Shown piece by piece: positions 28,201 to 36,538 of a stretch of 46,925 nucleotides of DNA. The position numbers and the translations under genes were made by a program. The notes under the pieces are model-generated. The model did no database searches, was not told the origin of the DNA, and saw only the letters and a program-made list of their open reading frames with translations. The stretch comes from Acidimicrobiia bacterium (GTDB taxonomy: Bacteria > Actinomycetota > Acidimicrobiia > Spongiisociales > JAENVV01): NCBI GenBank assembly GCA_029881355.1, contig JAOUMT010000003.1:1-46925 (forward strand). The letters are read 5' to 3'. Numbering within the stretch: the first letter of the stretch is position 1; each line of letters begins with the position of its first letter.

Positions 28201-29638
28201 CGACCCTCTCGGCGATCTGGTCGGCAGATTTGCCAGAACCCACGGACCGTTCACCAATGAGCATGTCGCCCATCGACTCGGCCTACCGATCGCGGTGGTG
28301 AGCACGACCCTCGAGCGCCTCGAGGCGGCCGGGCGGGTGACTGCCGGCGAGTTTCGTCCAGGCGGCAACGAACGTGAGTGGGTCGACAACGAGGTTCTGC
28401 GCAGACTGAAACGGAGATCGCTGGCCGTCCTTAGAAAAGAGATCGAACCGACCGAACCTGAGGCCCTGGCTCGGCTCGCCGTCAGTTGGAATGGCCTGAC
28501 CACAAAACGCCGGGCAGGGATCGGTCCCCTGCTTGACGCGATCCGCCGGCTCCAGGGAGCCATCGTCCCTGCGTCGGTCCTCGAAACCGACGTCCTCGCC
28601 AGTCGGGTCGGCTACTCCCCTGCCGATCTGGATCAGCTTATGGTCACCGGTGATGTGGTGTGGATGGGACGTGGCACATTGGGAGGCCGCGACGGCAAAA
28701 TATCGCTCTACCTTCGCGAGCAACTACCCCTCTTGGCGTTGCCGTCCACCGACGAGCCACTCGACGGTCAACTCCACAGAACCATCAGGCAACACCTGAG
28801 CGACCGCGGGGCGTCGTTCTTTCGTGACTTGTATGAAACCAGCGGTGGTGGCGATCCCGCAGAACCGCTTGACGCACTCTGGGATCTGGTTTGGCACGGT
28901 GAAGTCACGAACGACACGCTCGCCCCGGTGCGGGCTCTGTTGACGTCGCGGCCGAGGAAAGCCAGCAAGGGTCGCCCGTCCGTGTCGAGTAGTTTTCCTC
29001 CGTCAGCGGCCGGGCGCTGGTATCTGGTATCTGACCTGATCGAACACGCCGCACAACCCACGGTGCGCGCCACAGCATGGGCAGACCAACTGCTCGACCG
29101 GCACGGGGTGTTGACCAGGCGAGCGGTGCTTGGCGAGAACTTCCCCGGAGGCTTCTCCGCCCTCTACCCGGTCCTCAGCCAGATGGAGGACATCGGCAAG
29201 GTCCGACGCGGGTACTTCGTTGAAGGACTGGGCGGCTCCCAGTTCGCCTTGCCGGGAGCCGTCGATCGACTCCGCAGCGATGGCGGGAGTGATCCAATCC
29301 TCATTGCCGCAACCGATCCTGCCAACCCGTTCGGAGCGGCACTGGATTGGCCGACGCATGAAGACGGCCGGGCCGCTCGAACGGCCGGTGCCTATGTGAT
29401 TCTCTCGGCCGGCCGCCTTATCGTCTACTTCGAGAATCGCAGACTGCTCACCTTCACCGACGACCTGAACCTTCTGGCCGACGCTGCCGGTCAGATCGCC
29501 GAGGCAGCCAGGCGCCGCAAAGGATTGAAGCTTCTGACTGCGGACAACGAACCGATCAGCCAGACTCCTCTCGGTGGCTTGCTGAGGGAGGCCGGCTTTG
29601 TTCTCGGCCACCGCGGGCTGACCTTCCGTAATGCCTGA
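25274..29638 (+). CDS. lhr: Lhr ATP-dependent helicase, full length with C-terminal winged-helix/glycosylase-associated domain
   Basis: APTGSGKTLAAF, YISPLKAL, ITTPESL, DEVH, HHGS, ATSTLELGID, QRVGRAGH, and RRGYFVEGLGGSQFA near the C-terminus. Start 25274 (TACGAT-N6-ATG) or 25268. Confidence 0.96.
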   Translation: MQLPFSPATTAWFEASFPAPTVAQSAGWKAIADGTHTLIHAPTGSGKTLAAFLWALDGLLHAPIPERAERCRVLYISPLKALAYDVDRNLRAPLRGIRHAAARLELDELPEVTTALRTGDTPANERQRMRRTPPDILITTPESLFLLLTSQAREFLRSVETVIIDEVHAVAGTKRGAHLALSLERLEEICARPPQRIGLSATQRPLETIGRFLAGGEIVRDTWRARPVIIVDDTTEKDLDIDVVVPVEDMTSPVPLDGEPSEPQDTRSIWPAVYPRILETIRKNTSTIVFANSRRLAERLSNELNRIADESLTRAHHGSVAREQRVEIEEALKGGHLPAVVATSTLELGIDMGAVDHVVQVEAPISVASGLQRVGRAGHHVGATSSMTIFPKYRGDLLVSTVIADLMRKRHVEATKIPRNPLDVLAQQIVAMVSIDESTVDDVYRTIRRAAPYADLGRGPFEATLDMLAGRYPSDLFAELRPRITWDRVTGALEARPGAQRLAVQNAGTIPDRGLYIVTLPEGGKVGELDEEMVYESRVGDVFLLGTTAWRITDITHDRVIVLPAPGAPGAKMPFWHGDQAGRPLSTGRALGAFVREIAAADPDEAFGRLQSEYRLDALAARNLLAYIAEERETVGALPTDRTIVIERFRDEIGDWRLVLLSPFGAKVHAPWAMALGKRFAEQYGHDPNVIWADDGIAFRFPDADEPPNPQDLLIDPEEIEAMVVDRVAESALFAARFREAAARALLLPRRRPGNRTPLWLQRRKSADLLSVAREFGSFPIMLETYREILQDDFDLPALVEVLGDIRSRKVRVVETDVDLPSPFAASLLFSFIAAYLYEADTPLAERRAAALTLDRDLLRELLGEGELRELLSIEVVAEVELELQRLADGYRAKGTEGIADLLRLLGPLTTTEVDVRTEDTPRDALGTLEDARRIIRVTIDGAQHWASIEDASRLRDGLGVQMPPGVPHTFLEPVSDPLGDLVGRFARTHGPFTNEHVAHRLGLPIAVVSTTLERLEAAGRVTAGEFRPGGNEREWVDNEVLRRLKRRSLAVLRKEIEPTEPEALARLAVSWNGLTTKRRAGIGPLLDAIRRLQGAIVPASVLETDVLASRVGYSPADLDQLMVTGDVVWMGRGTLGGRDGKISLYLREQLPLLALPSTDEPLDGQLHRTIRQHLSDRGASFFRDLYETSGGGDPAEPLDALWDLVWHGEVTNDTLAPVRALLTSRPRKASKGRPSVSSSFPPSAAGRWYLVSDLIEHAAQPTVRATAWADQLLDRHGVLTRRAVLGENFPGGFSALYPVLSQMEDIGKVRRGYFVEGLGGSQFALPGAVDRLRSDGGSDPILIAATDPANPFGAALDWPTHEDGRAARTAGAYVILSAGRLIVYFENRRLLTFTDDLNLLADAAGQIAEAARRRKGLKLLTADNEPISQTPLGGLLREAGFVLGHRGLTFRNA

Positions 29639-30443
29639 GGGTGACACCATTTATCGGGCCGCCGAACGGGTCGGTGCGGCACTTACCGGACGTCGACTGA
29701 GCGGGGTCAGCGGCTCGGCTCCTCCCATCCGCGCCACCTCGTCCCAGCTAACGGGCGCCCGGGTCAAACGGGTTCGGAGTGCTGGCAAGCACCTGCTGAT
29801 CGAGACCGACGCGAACCTGGTGATCCGGACCCACCTTCGTATGTCGGGCGTGTGGGACGTCTATGCAAAAGGCGCCAGATGGCGACACCCGATCGGCGCC
29901 GCCCGAGTGGTCCTCGAACACGACGAAACCACGGTCGTGTGCTTCAGCGCTCCGGACGTATCGGTCGACAGCCCGGTCTCGATCCAGCTGGAGATCAACC
30001 ACCTTGGTCCGGATCTCTGCGCTGACCGGTTCGACCGGGATGAGGCCGTCCGACGAATGGAGGCGCCGCACAAAGCCACGATCGCCGAACACATCGCCGA
30101 TCAACGGGTGATGGCCGGAATCGGCAATGTGTACAAGTCGGAAATCCTGTTTCTGGAACGGATCCATCCGGAAGCCCCTGCGTCATTGACGGAAACCGAA
30201 ATCGAGCGGGTGGTCGACCGTTCCAGGCAGCTGCTCATGCTCAATCGGTCACGCCCCAAGCGGATCACAACTGGTGAGACTCGTCGGGGGGCCGAGCTCT
30301 GGGTCTACGGGCGGGGCAACCAACCTTGCCGCCGCTGCCGGACCAAAATCGATACTGCCTGGATCGGCGACCTGGAGCGGATCACGTATTGGTGCCCGAA
30401 CTGCCAGCCCAGCATCCCGACGGGACACATTGATCGCAAGTAG
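29631..30443 (+). CDS. nei: Fpg/Nei family DNA glycosylase (endonuclease VIII)
   Basis: N-terminal MPEGDT, GKHLL, HLRMSG, H2TH DQRVMAGIGNVYKSE, zinc finger CRRC...WCPNCQ. Coupled to lhr. Confidence 0.95.
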   Translation: MPEGDTIYRAAERVGAALTGRRLSGVSGSAPPIRATSSQLTGARVKRVRSAGKHLLIETDANLVIRTHLRMSGVWDVYAKGARWRHPIGAARVVLEHDETTVVCFSAPDVSVDSPVSIQLEINHLGPDLCADRFDRDEAVRRMEAPHKATIAEHIADQRVMAGIGNVYKSEILFLERIHPEAPASLTETEIERVVDRSRQLLMLNRSRPKRITTGETRRGAELWVYGRGNQPCRRCRTKIDTAWIGDLERITYWCPNCQPSIPTGHIDRK

Positions 30444-30472
30444 CCTGCGTGGGTCCCATCCAAGGAGCGTCA

Positions 30473-30658
30473 ATGCCGGTTTTCAGGATCAAATCACGAA
30501 CGTCTGGCCGGACCATCCGGATTGAGGGCGCCGCGCTAAGCGTCGAGGGTAACTGGCTGTTCATCAAGTCTGACAAAAAGGAAACGATCGCCGTGTTCGA
30601 AGCCGGCGCCGTCGACTACGCACTCGACGAGACGATTGCGCAAGTCTTGGACAACTAG
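30473..30658 (+). CDS. Small hypothetical protein (61 aa)
   Basis: AAGGAG RBS before ATG 30473. Beta-rich sequence PVFRIKS...IEG....VEGNWLFIK...IAVF. Confidence 0.65.
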   Translation: MPVFRIKSRTSGRTIRIEGAALSVEGNWLFIKSDKKETIAVFEAGAVDYALDETIAQVLDN

Positions 30659-30662
30659 CCCT

Positions 30663-30956
30663 TCATCGCGGCCGGGACATCGCCCGAAGCTGGGCGAACG
30701 TGAAGATCCCGGTGCTGTGGGCGTCGGGGAGAAACGTAAAGTTGATGCCGTAGCTGCCCACTAGATGGGCATCGCCGATGCGGGTCAAGGTCGGAGCCAT
30801 GAGCCGGAGCGGATTGGCTTCCCTGGTTCGACAATCCGCGCAATTGCAGGCGTTGCGGATCTGCGATGCCGGCCACGAGTCCACAAGGCCATCGGACCAC
30901 TCCAACGTAAGGATGGATCCTTCGTCACTAACTTCAATTCGAACGGGAACATCCAA
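30663..30956 (-). CDS. DUF971 / gamma-butyrobetaine hydroxylase-like N-terminal domain protein
   Basis: LEWSDG, IRNACNCADC, VGSYGINFTF.D.HSTGIFTF. Confidence 0.85.
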   Translation of the reverse strand: MDVPVRIEVSDEGSILTLEWSDGLVDSWPASQIRNACNCADCRTREANPLRLMAPTLTRIGDAHLVGSYGINFTFLPDAHSTGIFTFAQLRAMSRPR

Positions 30957-30987
30957 AGCCTGAACAGCCTACCGGTAGTGTGGCGGA

Positions 30988-32172
30988 ATGCCAGAGCTCA
31001 CGATTCGTCCGGGAAACCCCGATTTTCTCGACTTGCCCTGGGACATCCCCCTGGCCGAATGGGAGGTTGACGAGCTGATCGATCTGCCAAAAGGCATCTC
31101 GCGCCACACTGTTCGGTTTGTAGCGTTTGACCAGGGCATCTACGCCATCAAAGAGCTACCGGCCGTTCCGGCCAAACGTGACTATGACATCCTCCGGACC
31201 CTCGAACCCCTGGCGGTACCGTCCGTCACGGCCGTCGGACTCGTTGAAGGGCGCTCGGCCGATCCGACCGAGGAACGATCCGCCGCTTTGATCACCCAAT
31301 ATGTCGATTTTTCGTTCTCATACCGCGAGCTCCTCCAGGGCGCCGGTTTCGGTACCCGACGCAATCAAATGCTCGATGCTTTCGCCAACCTGCTCGTCGA
31401 ACTACACCTGGCTGGGTGCTTCTGGGGCGACTGTTCCCTGTCCAATGTGCTGTATCGCTATGACGGTCCAGCAATCGAAACGATCATGGTCGACGGAGAA
31501 ACTGCCTCGATTCACGAAAACCTCAGCCGCGGCAAGCGCGAAGAAGACCTGGCGATCATGGAACTCAACGTAGCGGGCGGAATGGCTGACATCGCGGCGC
31601 GGTCCGGTCAGGATATCGACCTGGCGGACCTAGCCCTTGGCGAGGACATCTCCCGACGATATGAGGCCCTCTGGAACGAATTGACGACTCCCGTGTCGGT
31701 CGGACCGAACGAACGACACCAGATAGATGCCCAGATCGACCGCTTGAACAACCTCGGCTTTACCGTCGACGAGATCGAGGTCCAGCCAGAAGATCATCGC
31801 TTGACGATTCGAGCCAAAGTCGTCGGTAGGACGTATCACCATGACCGACTACGGGAACTCACCGGGATCGACGCCCTCGAGAACCAGGCCCGTCAGATCC
31901 TGTCCGATGTCTACTACTACCAGGCCCGCCACGCGGAGAAGAAAAGCGCCGGCAAATCGGTCGCAGCGATCCGATGGCGCGTTGCGGAATTCGAACCAAT
32001 GATCACAAAACTCCGCCAGACCGAGGGCGTGCTCGATCCCTTACAGGCTTTCTGTGACGTACTCCACCACCGATATCTGGCGTCTCAGCAGGCGGGGGCT
32101 GATATCGGCACCAAGCAGGCGTATGAAAGCTGGCTCGCCGAGGGTCGCCCTGGCTACAAGATTTCCCGCTAA
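30988..32172 (+). CDS. DUF4032 domain / LPS-kinase-like protein
   Basis: LDLPWDIPLAEW, GISRHTVRFV, FWGDCSLSNVL, VDGET, ENQARQIL, as in the actinobacterial DUF4032 family. Confidence 0.88.
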   Translation: MPELTIRPGNPDFLDLPWDIPLAEWEVDELIDLPKGISRHTVRFVAFDQGIYAIKELPAVPAKRDYDILRTLEPLAVPSVTAVGLVEGRSADPTEERSAALITQYVDFSFSYRELLQGAGFGTRRNQMLDAFANLLVELHLAGCFWGDCSLSNVLYRYDGPAIETIMVDGETASIHENLSRGKREEDLAIMELNVAGGMADIAARSGQDIDLADLALGEDISRRYEALWNELTTPVSVGPNERHQIDAQIDRLNNLGFTVDEIEVQPEDHRLTIRAKVVGRTYHHDRLRELTGIDALENQARQILSDVYYYQARHAEKKSAGKSVAAIRWRVAEFEPMITKLRQTEGVLDPLQAFCDVLHHRYLASQQAGADIGTKQAYESWLAEGRPGYKISR

Positions 32173-32199
32173 AACGAACGCCTATGTACGATCGTCAGG

Positions 32200-32688
32200 A
32201 TGCAACGAATCGAACCAGGACCTGGCCAGCAGTCGGTATGGGATTACCCTCGCCCCCCGGCCCTAGCGCCCGATTCTCGCCGGATCGTCATCGAATTCAA
32301 CGGGTCGGTAATCGCCGATTCGGTCGACTCCGTGCGAGTCCTCGAAACCTCTCATCCTCCGGTTTTCTACATCCCTGGTTCAGATATCGACATGGACGCG
32401 TTGTATCCGACGTTGTCGACCTCGTGGTGCGAATTCAAGGGCCGGGCCGCCTATTGGACGGTCGCTGTCGACGATCGCCAGGCCGTCGATGCCGTCTGGA
32501 GCTATCCAGCTCCGGTCGGGGCCTACGCCGAGCTCGCGGGCCGGTTTGCGTTCTATCCGTCACGGATGGACCGTTGCACGGTGGCGGGCATGGAGGTTCA
32601 ACGTCAGGAGGGTGACTTCTATGGTGGCTGGATCACGCCTGAGGTCGTCGGCCCGTTCAAAGGCGCACCGGGAACGCGGGGCTGGTAG
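32200..32688 (+). CDS. DUF427 domain protein
   Basis: SVWDYPRPP, VLETSHPPVFYIP, SWCEFKGRAAY, WSYP, GDFYGGWIT...GPFKG.PGT.GW. Confidence 0.92.
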   Translation: MQRIEPGPGQQSVWDYPRPPALAPDSRRIVIEFNGSVIADSVDSVRVLETSHPPVFYIPGSDIDMDALYPTLSTSWCEFKGRAAYWTVAVDDRQAVDAVWSYPAPVGAYAELAGRFAFYPSRMDRCTVAGMEVQRQEGDFYGGWITPEVVGPFKGAPGTRGW

Positions 32689-33960
32689 CTAGTCCCAGAT
32701 GAGGAGGCGACCGTCGGAGGTCACGGCAGTGAGGATGACTGAACCATCAGCGGCGGCAACCGCCATGAGGTTGCTCGACAACACGCCTCCGAGCGGCAAC
32801 GTTGTGACAACTTCCACGTCGTCGCCCACACGCTTGAGGACGGCTAACTCGTCTTTGCGCTGGTTGGGGACGACGAGCTCTACCTGGCCGTCACCATCGG
32901 CGTCAAAGGCCACGGCCATGTCCAGGTTGCGGCTCCGAATCGTATGCGACGAATACCCCTCGAGCGACGCGACAAGCACAAGGCGGCCGCTTCGCATTGA
33001 GAAGTACTCCACGACGCCCCGGATGTGAGGCGTGCGCACGGCCACCAGTTCGATCTCACCCTCGGGCCCGAAGGGCGCCACGGCGATCTGATGGCGCCAC
33101 CGGCCACCTTGACCGATCGGATCGGACTCCGCAACAACGCTGGCGTGAGCGTCGAGCACAACCAGGCGGGCGCCGGACTCAACGTTCGAAACGGTCATGA
33201 TGAATTCGTCAACACCGTCTGAATCAAGGTCGGCGAACATACCGACCATGCCTTCAATCACGTCTTCGTCGTAGGTCATCTCACTAACGACCTCCTGGGT
33301 GTCGAGGGAGACGAAAACAACTCCGGCCGCCTCGAACCGATCCCCCACGACGCCGTGGTTGTAGCGATCGGTTGGATTTACCAGTACGGCCATCCGCCGG
33401 TCAGAGGAGACGGTAAGCCGCCCATCGACCAGCGCATTGACCTCCAGCCGACGATTTCCGGTCCCATCAGAAATAATGACTGCTCCGTCGGACGAGACAA
33501 AAGCCAAGCCGCCTGTCTTGAGAGCCAGCGCATTCGTACCAAGGGCGCCGCTGGTCGCAGGCGGGACAATTACCAGCGCTCCATCGCCTGCCACAAGCGC
33601 AGGCGGAGTGCCTGGCGACGTCAGGGAGATGTTCAACGTCTCCGATGCCATTGCACCAGCGGACCTGCGGAATCCTTCGAGGGTGCCGTCGGCATCGGCG
33701 AGCGCCAGGACCACATCATCCCCATCTGCGACGCCGACGATCCAACCAACCGGTTCCTGGATGGTCTCACCAAGAGGACGTTCGAGAACGCGTTCCGTGG
33801 CGATTGTGGCGTGACCGGCCACGTATCGGTTTCCATCGGCATCTCCGAAGGTCGTGGCAAAGCGAAGTCCCGGATCCAGGCCGGGTGAGGGATCGGCGGC
33901 AGGTGGCGGGACACAGGCAACCACGGCCAGACTGGCTACCACCCACCAGCCTCTAACCAA
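32689..33960 (-). CDS. Putative lipoprotein with FG-GAP/VCBS-like repeats
   Basis: Lipobox VVAC; Ca-binding-like DLDSDGVDE and DADGDGQVE motifs; RYNHGVVGD, GGRWRHQIAVAPFGP. Confidence 0.75.
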   Translation of the reverse strand: MVRGWWVVASLAVVACVPPPAADPSPGLDPGLRFATTFGDADGNRYVAGHATIATERVLERPLGETIQEPVGWIVGVADGDDVVLALADADGTLEGFRRSAGAMASETLNISLTSPGTPPALVAGDGALVIVPPATSGALGTNALALKTGGLAFVSSDGAVIISDGTGNRRLEVNALVDGRLTVSSDRRMAVLVNPTDRYNHGVVGDRFEAAGVVFVSLDTQEVVSEMTYDEDVIEGMVGMFADLDSDGVDEFIMTVSNVESGARLVVLDAHASVVAESDPIGQGGRWRHQIAVAPFGPEGEIELVAVRTPHIRGVVEYFSMRSGRLVLVASLEGYSSHTIRSRNLDMAVAFDADGDGQVELVVPNQRKDELAVLKRVGDDVEVVTTLPLGGVLSSNLMAVAAADGSVILTAVTSDGRLLIWD

Positions 33961-34729
33961 GAATACCGCCCGCTCCGGTTACGCCTCCGTCAACCGGCAG
34001 GGTGACCCCCGTGATCCACGTAGCCTTATCTGAGCACAGAAAAACGATCGCGTTCGCTACGTCTTGGGGAACGCCGAGCCGTTTTAGGGGATGGGTGTTC
34101 GCGGCGGCTTCTTCATCGGCTTCCCACAACAGTCGCGAGATTCTGGTCTTGACAACGGCGGGCGCCACACAATTCACGGTGACGGTCGGGGCCATCTCGA
34201 GCGCCAGCTGCCGGGTGGTGTGGATAAGGGCCGCCTTGGCGATGTTGTAGGCACCGATCACGCGGGCGGGTTGTATGCCACCGACAGATGCGACGTTGAC
34301 AATCGACCCGCCGTTGGCCGCCATGTACTGGTTCCACGCTTGAGCCGCCCACAGGATCGGGCCGCGCTGGTTCACCGACCACGTCTTGTCTAGCGCTCCG
34401 AGGTCGACATCGGCCAGGTTCCCAGGGGCCGGGTTGGTGCCTGCATTATTGATCAAGATGTCGCACGCGCCGAAGTGTCCAATCGCTTCAGCGACTCCAA
34501 AGCGAGCCTGGTCGGGGTCATCGGCTGCCGCCACGATCCCATGGATGGACTCGGGCCGTCCCGTCAGTTCGGCGATTTCCTTGACGGCTGCCTCGACATT
34601 GTCCGGCTTGCGTGAGGTGATGACCACGCCCCTGGCGCCGGAATTGATCAGCTCTGCGGCGGTAGCCAGTCCGATGCCGCGCGATCCTCCTGTCACGATC
34701 GCAACCTGGTCGTCTACTCGTGCATCCAT
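33953..34729 (-). CDS. Short-chain dehydrogenase/reductase
   Basis: TGGSRGIG, NNAG, YNIAK. GGAGGA RBS. Confidence 0.93.
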   Translation of the reverse strand: MDARVDDQVAIVTGGSRGIGLATAAELINSGARGVVITSRKPDNVEAAVKEIAELTGRPESIHGIVAAADDPDQARFGVAEAIGHFGACDILINNAGTNPAPGNLADVDLGALDKTWSVNQRGPILWAAQAWNQYMAANGGSIVNVASVGGIQPARVIGAYNIAKAALIHTTRQLALEMAPTVTVNCVAPAVVKTRISRLLWEADEEAAANTHPLKRLGVPQDVANAIVFLCSDKATWITGVTLPVDGGVTGAGGILG

Positions 34730-34765
34730 CGTCTTTCCTCCGAGGCGATCTTAGGCGACGGTGTG

Positions 34766-35275
34766 TTAGTCAGACTCGTGGCCGCCCCGCGGAACCCCGC
34801 CGTACTTCATCCGGGTGTCCGACATGGCAGCCGGACGGGCATCATCATCGACGATGTCGCAGTGCTGGAGCTCTCCAAGAAACAATGTGTGGGTACCGCA
34901 GTCAATGGACTGGCGCACGACGCAGTCCATCCAGGCAATGGCTTCTTCGAATATCGGCGCACCGGACGGCGCTTCCCGAATCGCCCATCCGTTTAGGGAC
35001 ATCCCATCCTTTTCGGCTGGTTTGGAAAACTTGCGGAAAGGTTTCGTGTCGTCGGACGACCATAGGTTTACGGTGAAGGACCCCCCGGTTGCAATAAGGC
35101 GATGCGTGACCGCAGAGTTGTCGACGCCCACTGCGATCAGCACCGGTTTCATGGAAACCTGGGTAACCCACGATGTCGTCATGGCGTTCCACTCGTCACC
35201 GGATCTCGATCCAACCAAAACCAGAGCGTTCGGAATCTTCCACGTGATCCGGTTGATCAGCTCATTGTCGGGCAT
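34766..35275 (-). CDS. Flavin reductase family protein
   Basis: NAMTTSWVTQVS..P.LIAV, GAPIFEEAIAW.DC, GTHTLFLGE. Confidence 0.9.
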   Translation of the reverse strand: MPDNELINRITWKIPNALVLVGSRSGDEWNAMTTSWVTQVSMKPVLIAVGVDNSAVTHRLIATGGSFTVNLWSSDDTKPFRKFSKPAEKDGMSLNGWAIREAPSGAPIFEEAIAWMDCVVRQSIDCGTHTLFLGELQHCDIVDDDARPAAMSDTRMKYGGVPRGGHESD

Positions 35276-35781
35276 CAGCCAACTCCCTCGTTGTCACCGA
35301 GGTCGTCAGGGGTTCGAATGAGGCCCGGGACCATCACAACGGGAATCGTCGAACCCTGCATGACTTTCACGGCCACGCTCTGCCAAACGTCCTCGGTGAA
35401 TATCGGCCGGGTCGCCCCCATCACGATGATGTCGATCTGCCCTTCGGTGACCGTTTCCAGAATTGCCGCGGCCGGATCGGCCGACTCGACGAAGAGTGGT
35501 CGAGCAACCAAACCAGCTGCGTCGAGCCCGGCCAAGATGGGCTGAATAAGTCGACGGCCGCGTTCGTCGACGTAGCGAGCCACTTGACGTTCCGATTCTG
35601 GACTCATCGAGTTGTCGGCGAACGGGCGCCATTCCTCGGTCTCGAGTTCCTCCAGGAACGAGCGAGGGACTTCGATGCTCGTCATGACCGTGATTGAACT
35701 CCCGGACGACCACAGCGCGGTAACCAGATCCACGACGGCTGCCGGAGGCAGCGCTCCGGCAGTGGCGATAAGAATGTGCAC
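35275..35781 (-). CDS. Universal stress protein family
   Basis: HILIAT, DPAAAIL, IDIIVMGA, SVAVKV...IPVVMVP. Confidence 0.82.
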   Translation of the reverse strand: MHILIATAGALPPAAVVDLVTALWSSGSSITVMTSIEVPRSFLEELETEEWRPFADNSMSPESERQVARYVDERGRRLIQPILAGLDAAGLVARPLFVESADPAAAILETVTEGQIDIIVMGATRPIFTEDVWQSVAVKVMQGSTIPVVMVPGLIRTPDDLGDNEGVG

Positions 35782-35896
35782 CTGCCCACAATAGGACGCC
35801 CGACAACCAGGCGCGTCGAAAGGTGCCCGGCGACCGACCGACCACCGAGGCCGCGAAAATATTCCTCAAATCACGTTTGAGAAATTGGCCGCCGCT

Positions 35897-35904
35897 GCCG
35901 ATAA
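35897..35904 (+). promoter_or_regulatory. Putative sigma-28 (FliA/WhiG/SigD) -10 element GCCGATAA
   Basis: Exact match to the sigma-28 -10 consensus, starting 44 nt before the ATG. The -35 match (TGAG at N15) is weak. Confidence 0.5.
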
Positions 35905-35940
35905 CAAACACAGGACACCACGCAGGGATGAGGAACAGTT

Positions 35941-36138
35941 ATGAAGCAAACATTTGGATTGTCGTGGGACCACGGAAAACGCAAACTCGCCGCCGCCGTC
36001 GCCCTCCTGGTTATCACCATCACACTGGCTCTTGCTCCGGCAAACTCCAGTCTCGAAGCAGGACGGTCCGCCGATACCGGCATCACCGTCGGAGTTGAAA
36101 GCACCAGTTTCACCCTCCGGGGATCCACCTGGGGCTAG
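35941..36138 (+). CDS. Small secreted/membrane peptide precursor A (65 aa, ends LRGSTWG)
   Basis: GAGGAA RBS; basic n-region and hydrophobic h-region. About 70% identical to 36318-36518 (46/66 by hand), with many synonymous changes. Confidence 0.85.
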   Translation: MKQTFGLSWDHGKRKLAAAVALLVITITLALAPANSSLEAGRSADTGITVGVESTSFTLRGSTWG

Positions 36139-36158
36139 GCCCAGCCAAGTCACAACGA

Positions 36159-36187
36159 AAAGGCACCCTTCCTCCGAGGGTGCCTTT
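36159..36187 (+). terminator. Intrinsic terminator-like hairpin after peptide A
   Basis: AAAGGCACCCT-tcctccg-AGGGTGCCTTT (11-bp stem) followed by CTCGTTTCT. Confidence 0.75.
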
Positions 36188-36272
36188 CTCGTTTCTGGGA
36201 CGTCGTCGCCCGAACAAGTGACTAGTCATTTGATGGGTGGCGAGTTTGGTTCTCGGGTTTTTGCGACCGGCG

Positions 36273-36280
36273 GCCGATAC
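36273..36280 (+). promoter_or_regulatory. Putative sigma-28-type -10 element GCCGATAC
   Basis: Same position relative to the ATG as in unit 1 (45 nt); preceded by TCGGGTTT-N12. Confidence 0.45.
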
Positions 36281-36317
36281 ATAACTCAAGACACCATCGC
36301 CAGGGTAAGGGATTGAC

Positions 36318-36518
36318 ATGAATCAAACATTTGGGTTGTCGTGGGATCACGGAAAACGCAAACTTGCTGCCGCTATCGCCTTGCTCGCGATCGCCGTCAG
36401 CCTGGCACTGACGCCGGCGACTACCAGCCTCGAAGCCGGCAAGAAGACCGGCAACGGCGCGGTCACCGTCGAAGTCCAGTCAACCAGCTTCTCTCTCCGG
36501 GGATCCACCTGGGGCTAG
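36318..36518 (+). CDS. Small secreted/membrane peptide precursor B (66 aa, ends LRGSTWG)
   Basis: AAGGGA RBS; paralog of 35941-36138. Confidence 0.85.
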   Translation: MNQTFGLSWDHGKRKLAAAIALLAIAVSLALTPATTSLEAGKKTGNGAVTVEVQSTSFSLRGSTWG

Positions 36519-36538
36519 GCCCAGCCAAGTTACAACGA

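Noticed and set aside
36136-36200. Stop-codon read-through or recoding at the hairpin-looped TAG of the peptide genes
   Set aside because: The downstream frame is not conserved between copies (2-nt indel after ACAACGA) and runs into a terminator-like hairpin.
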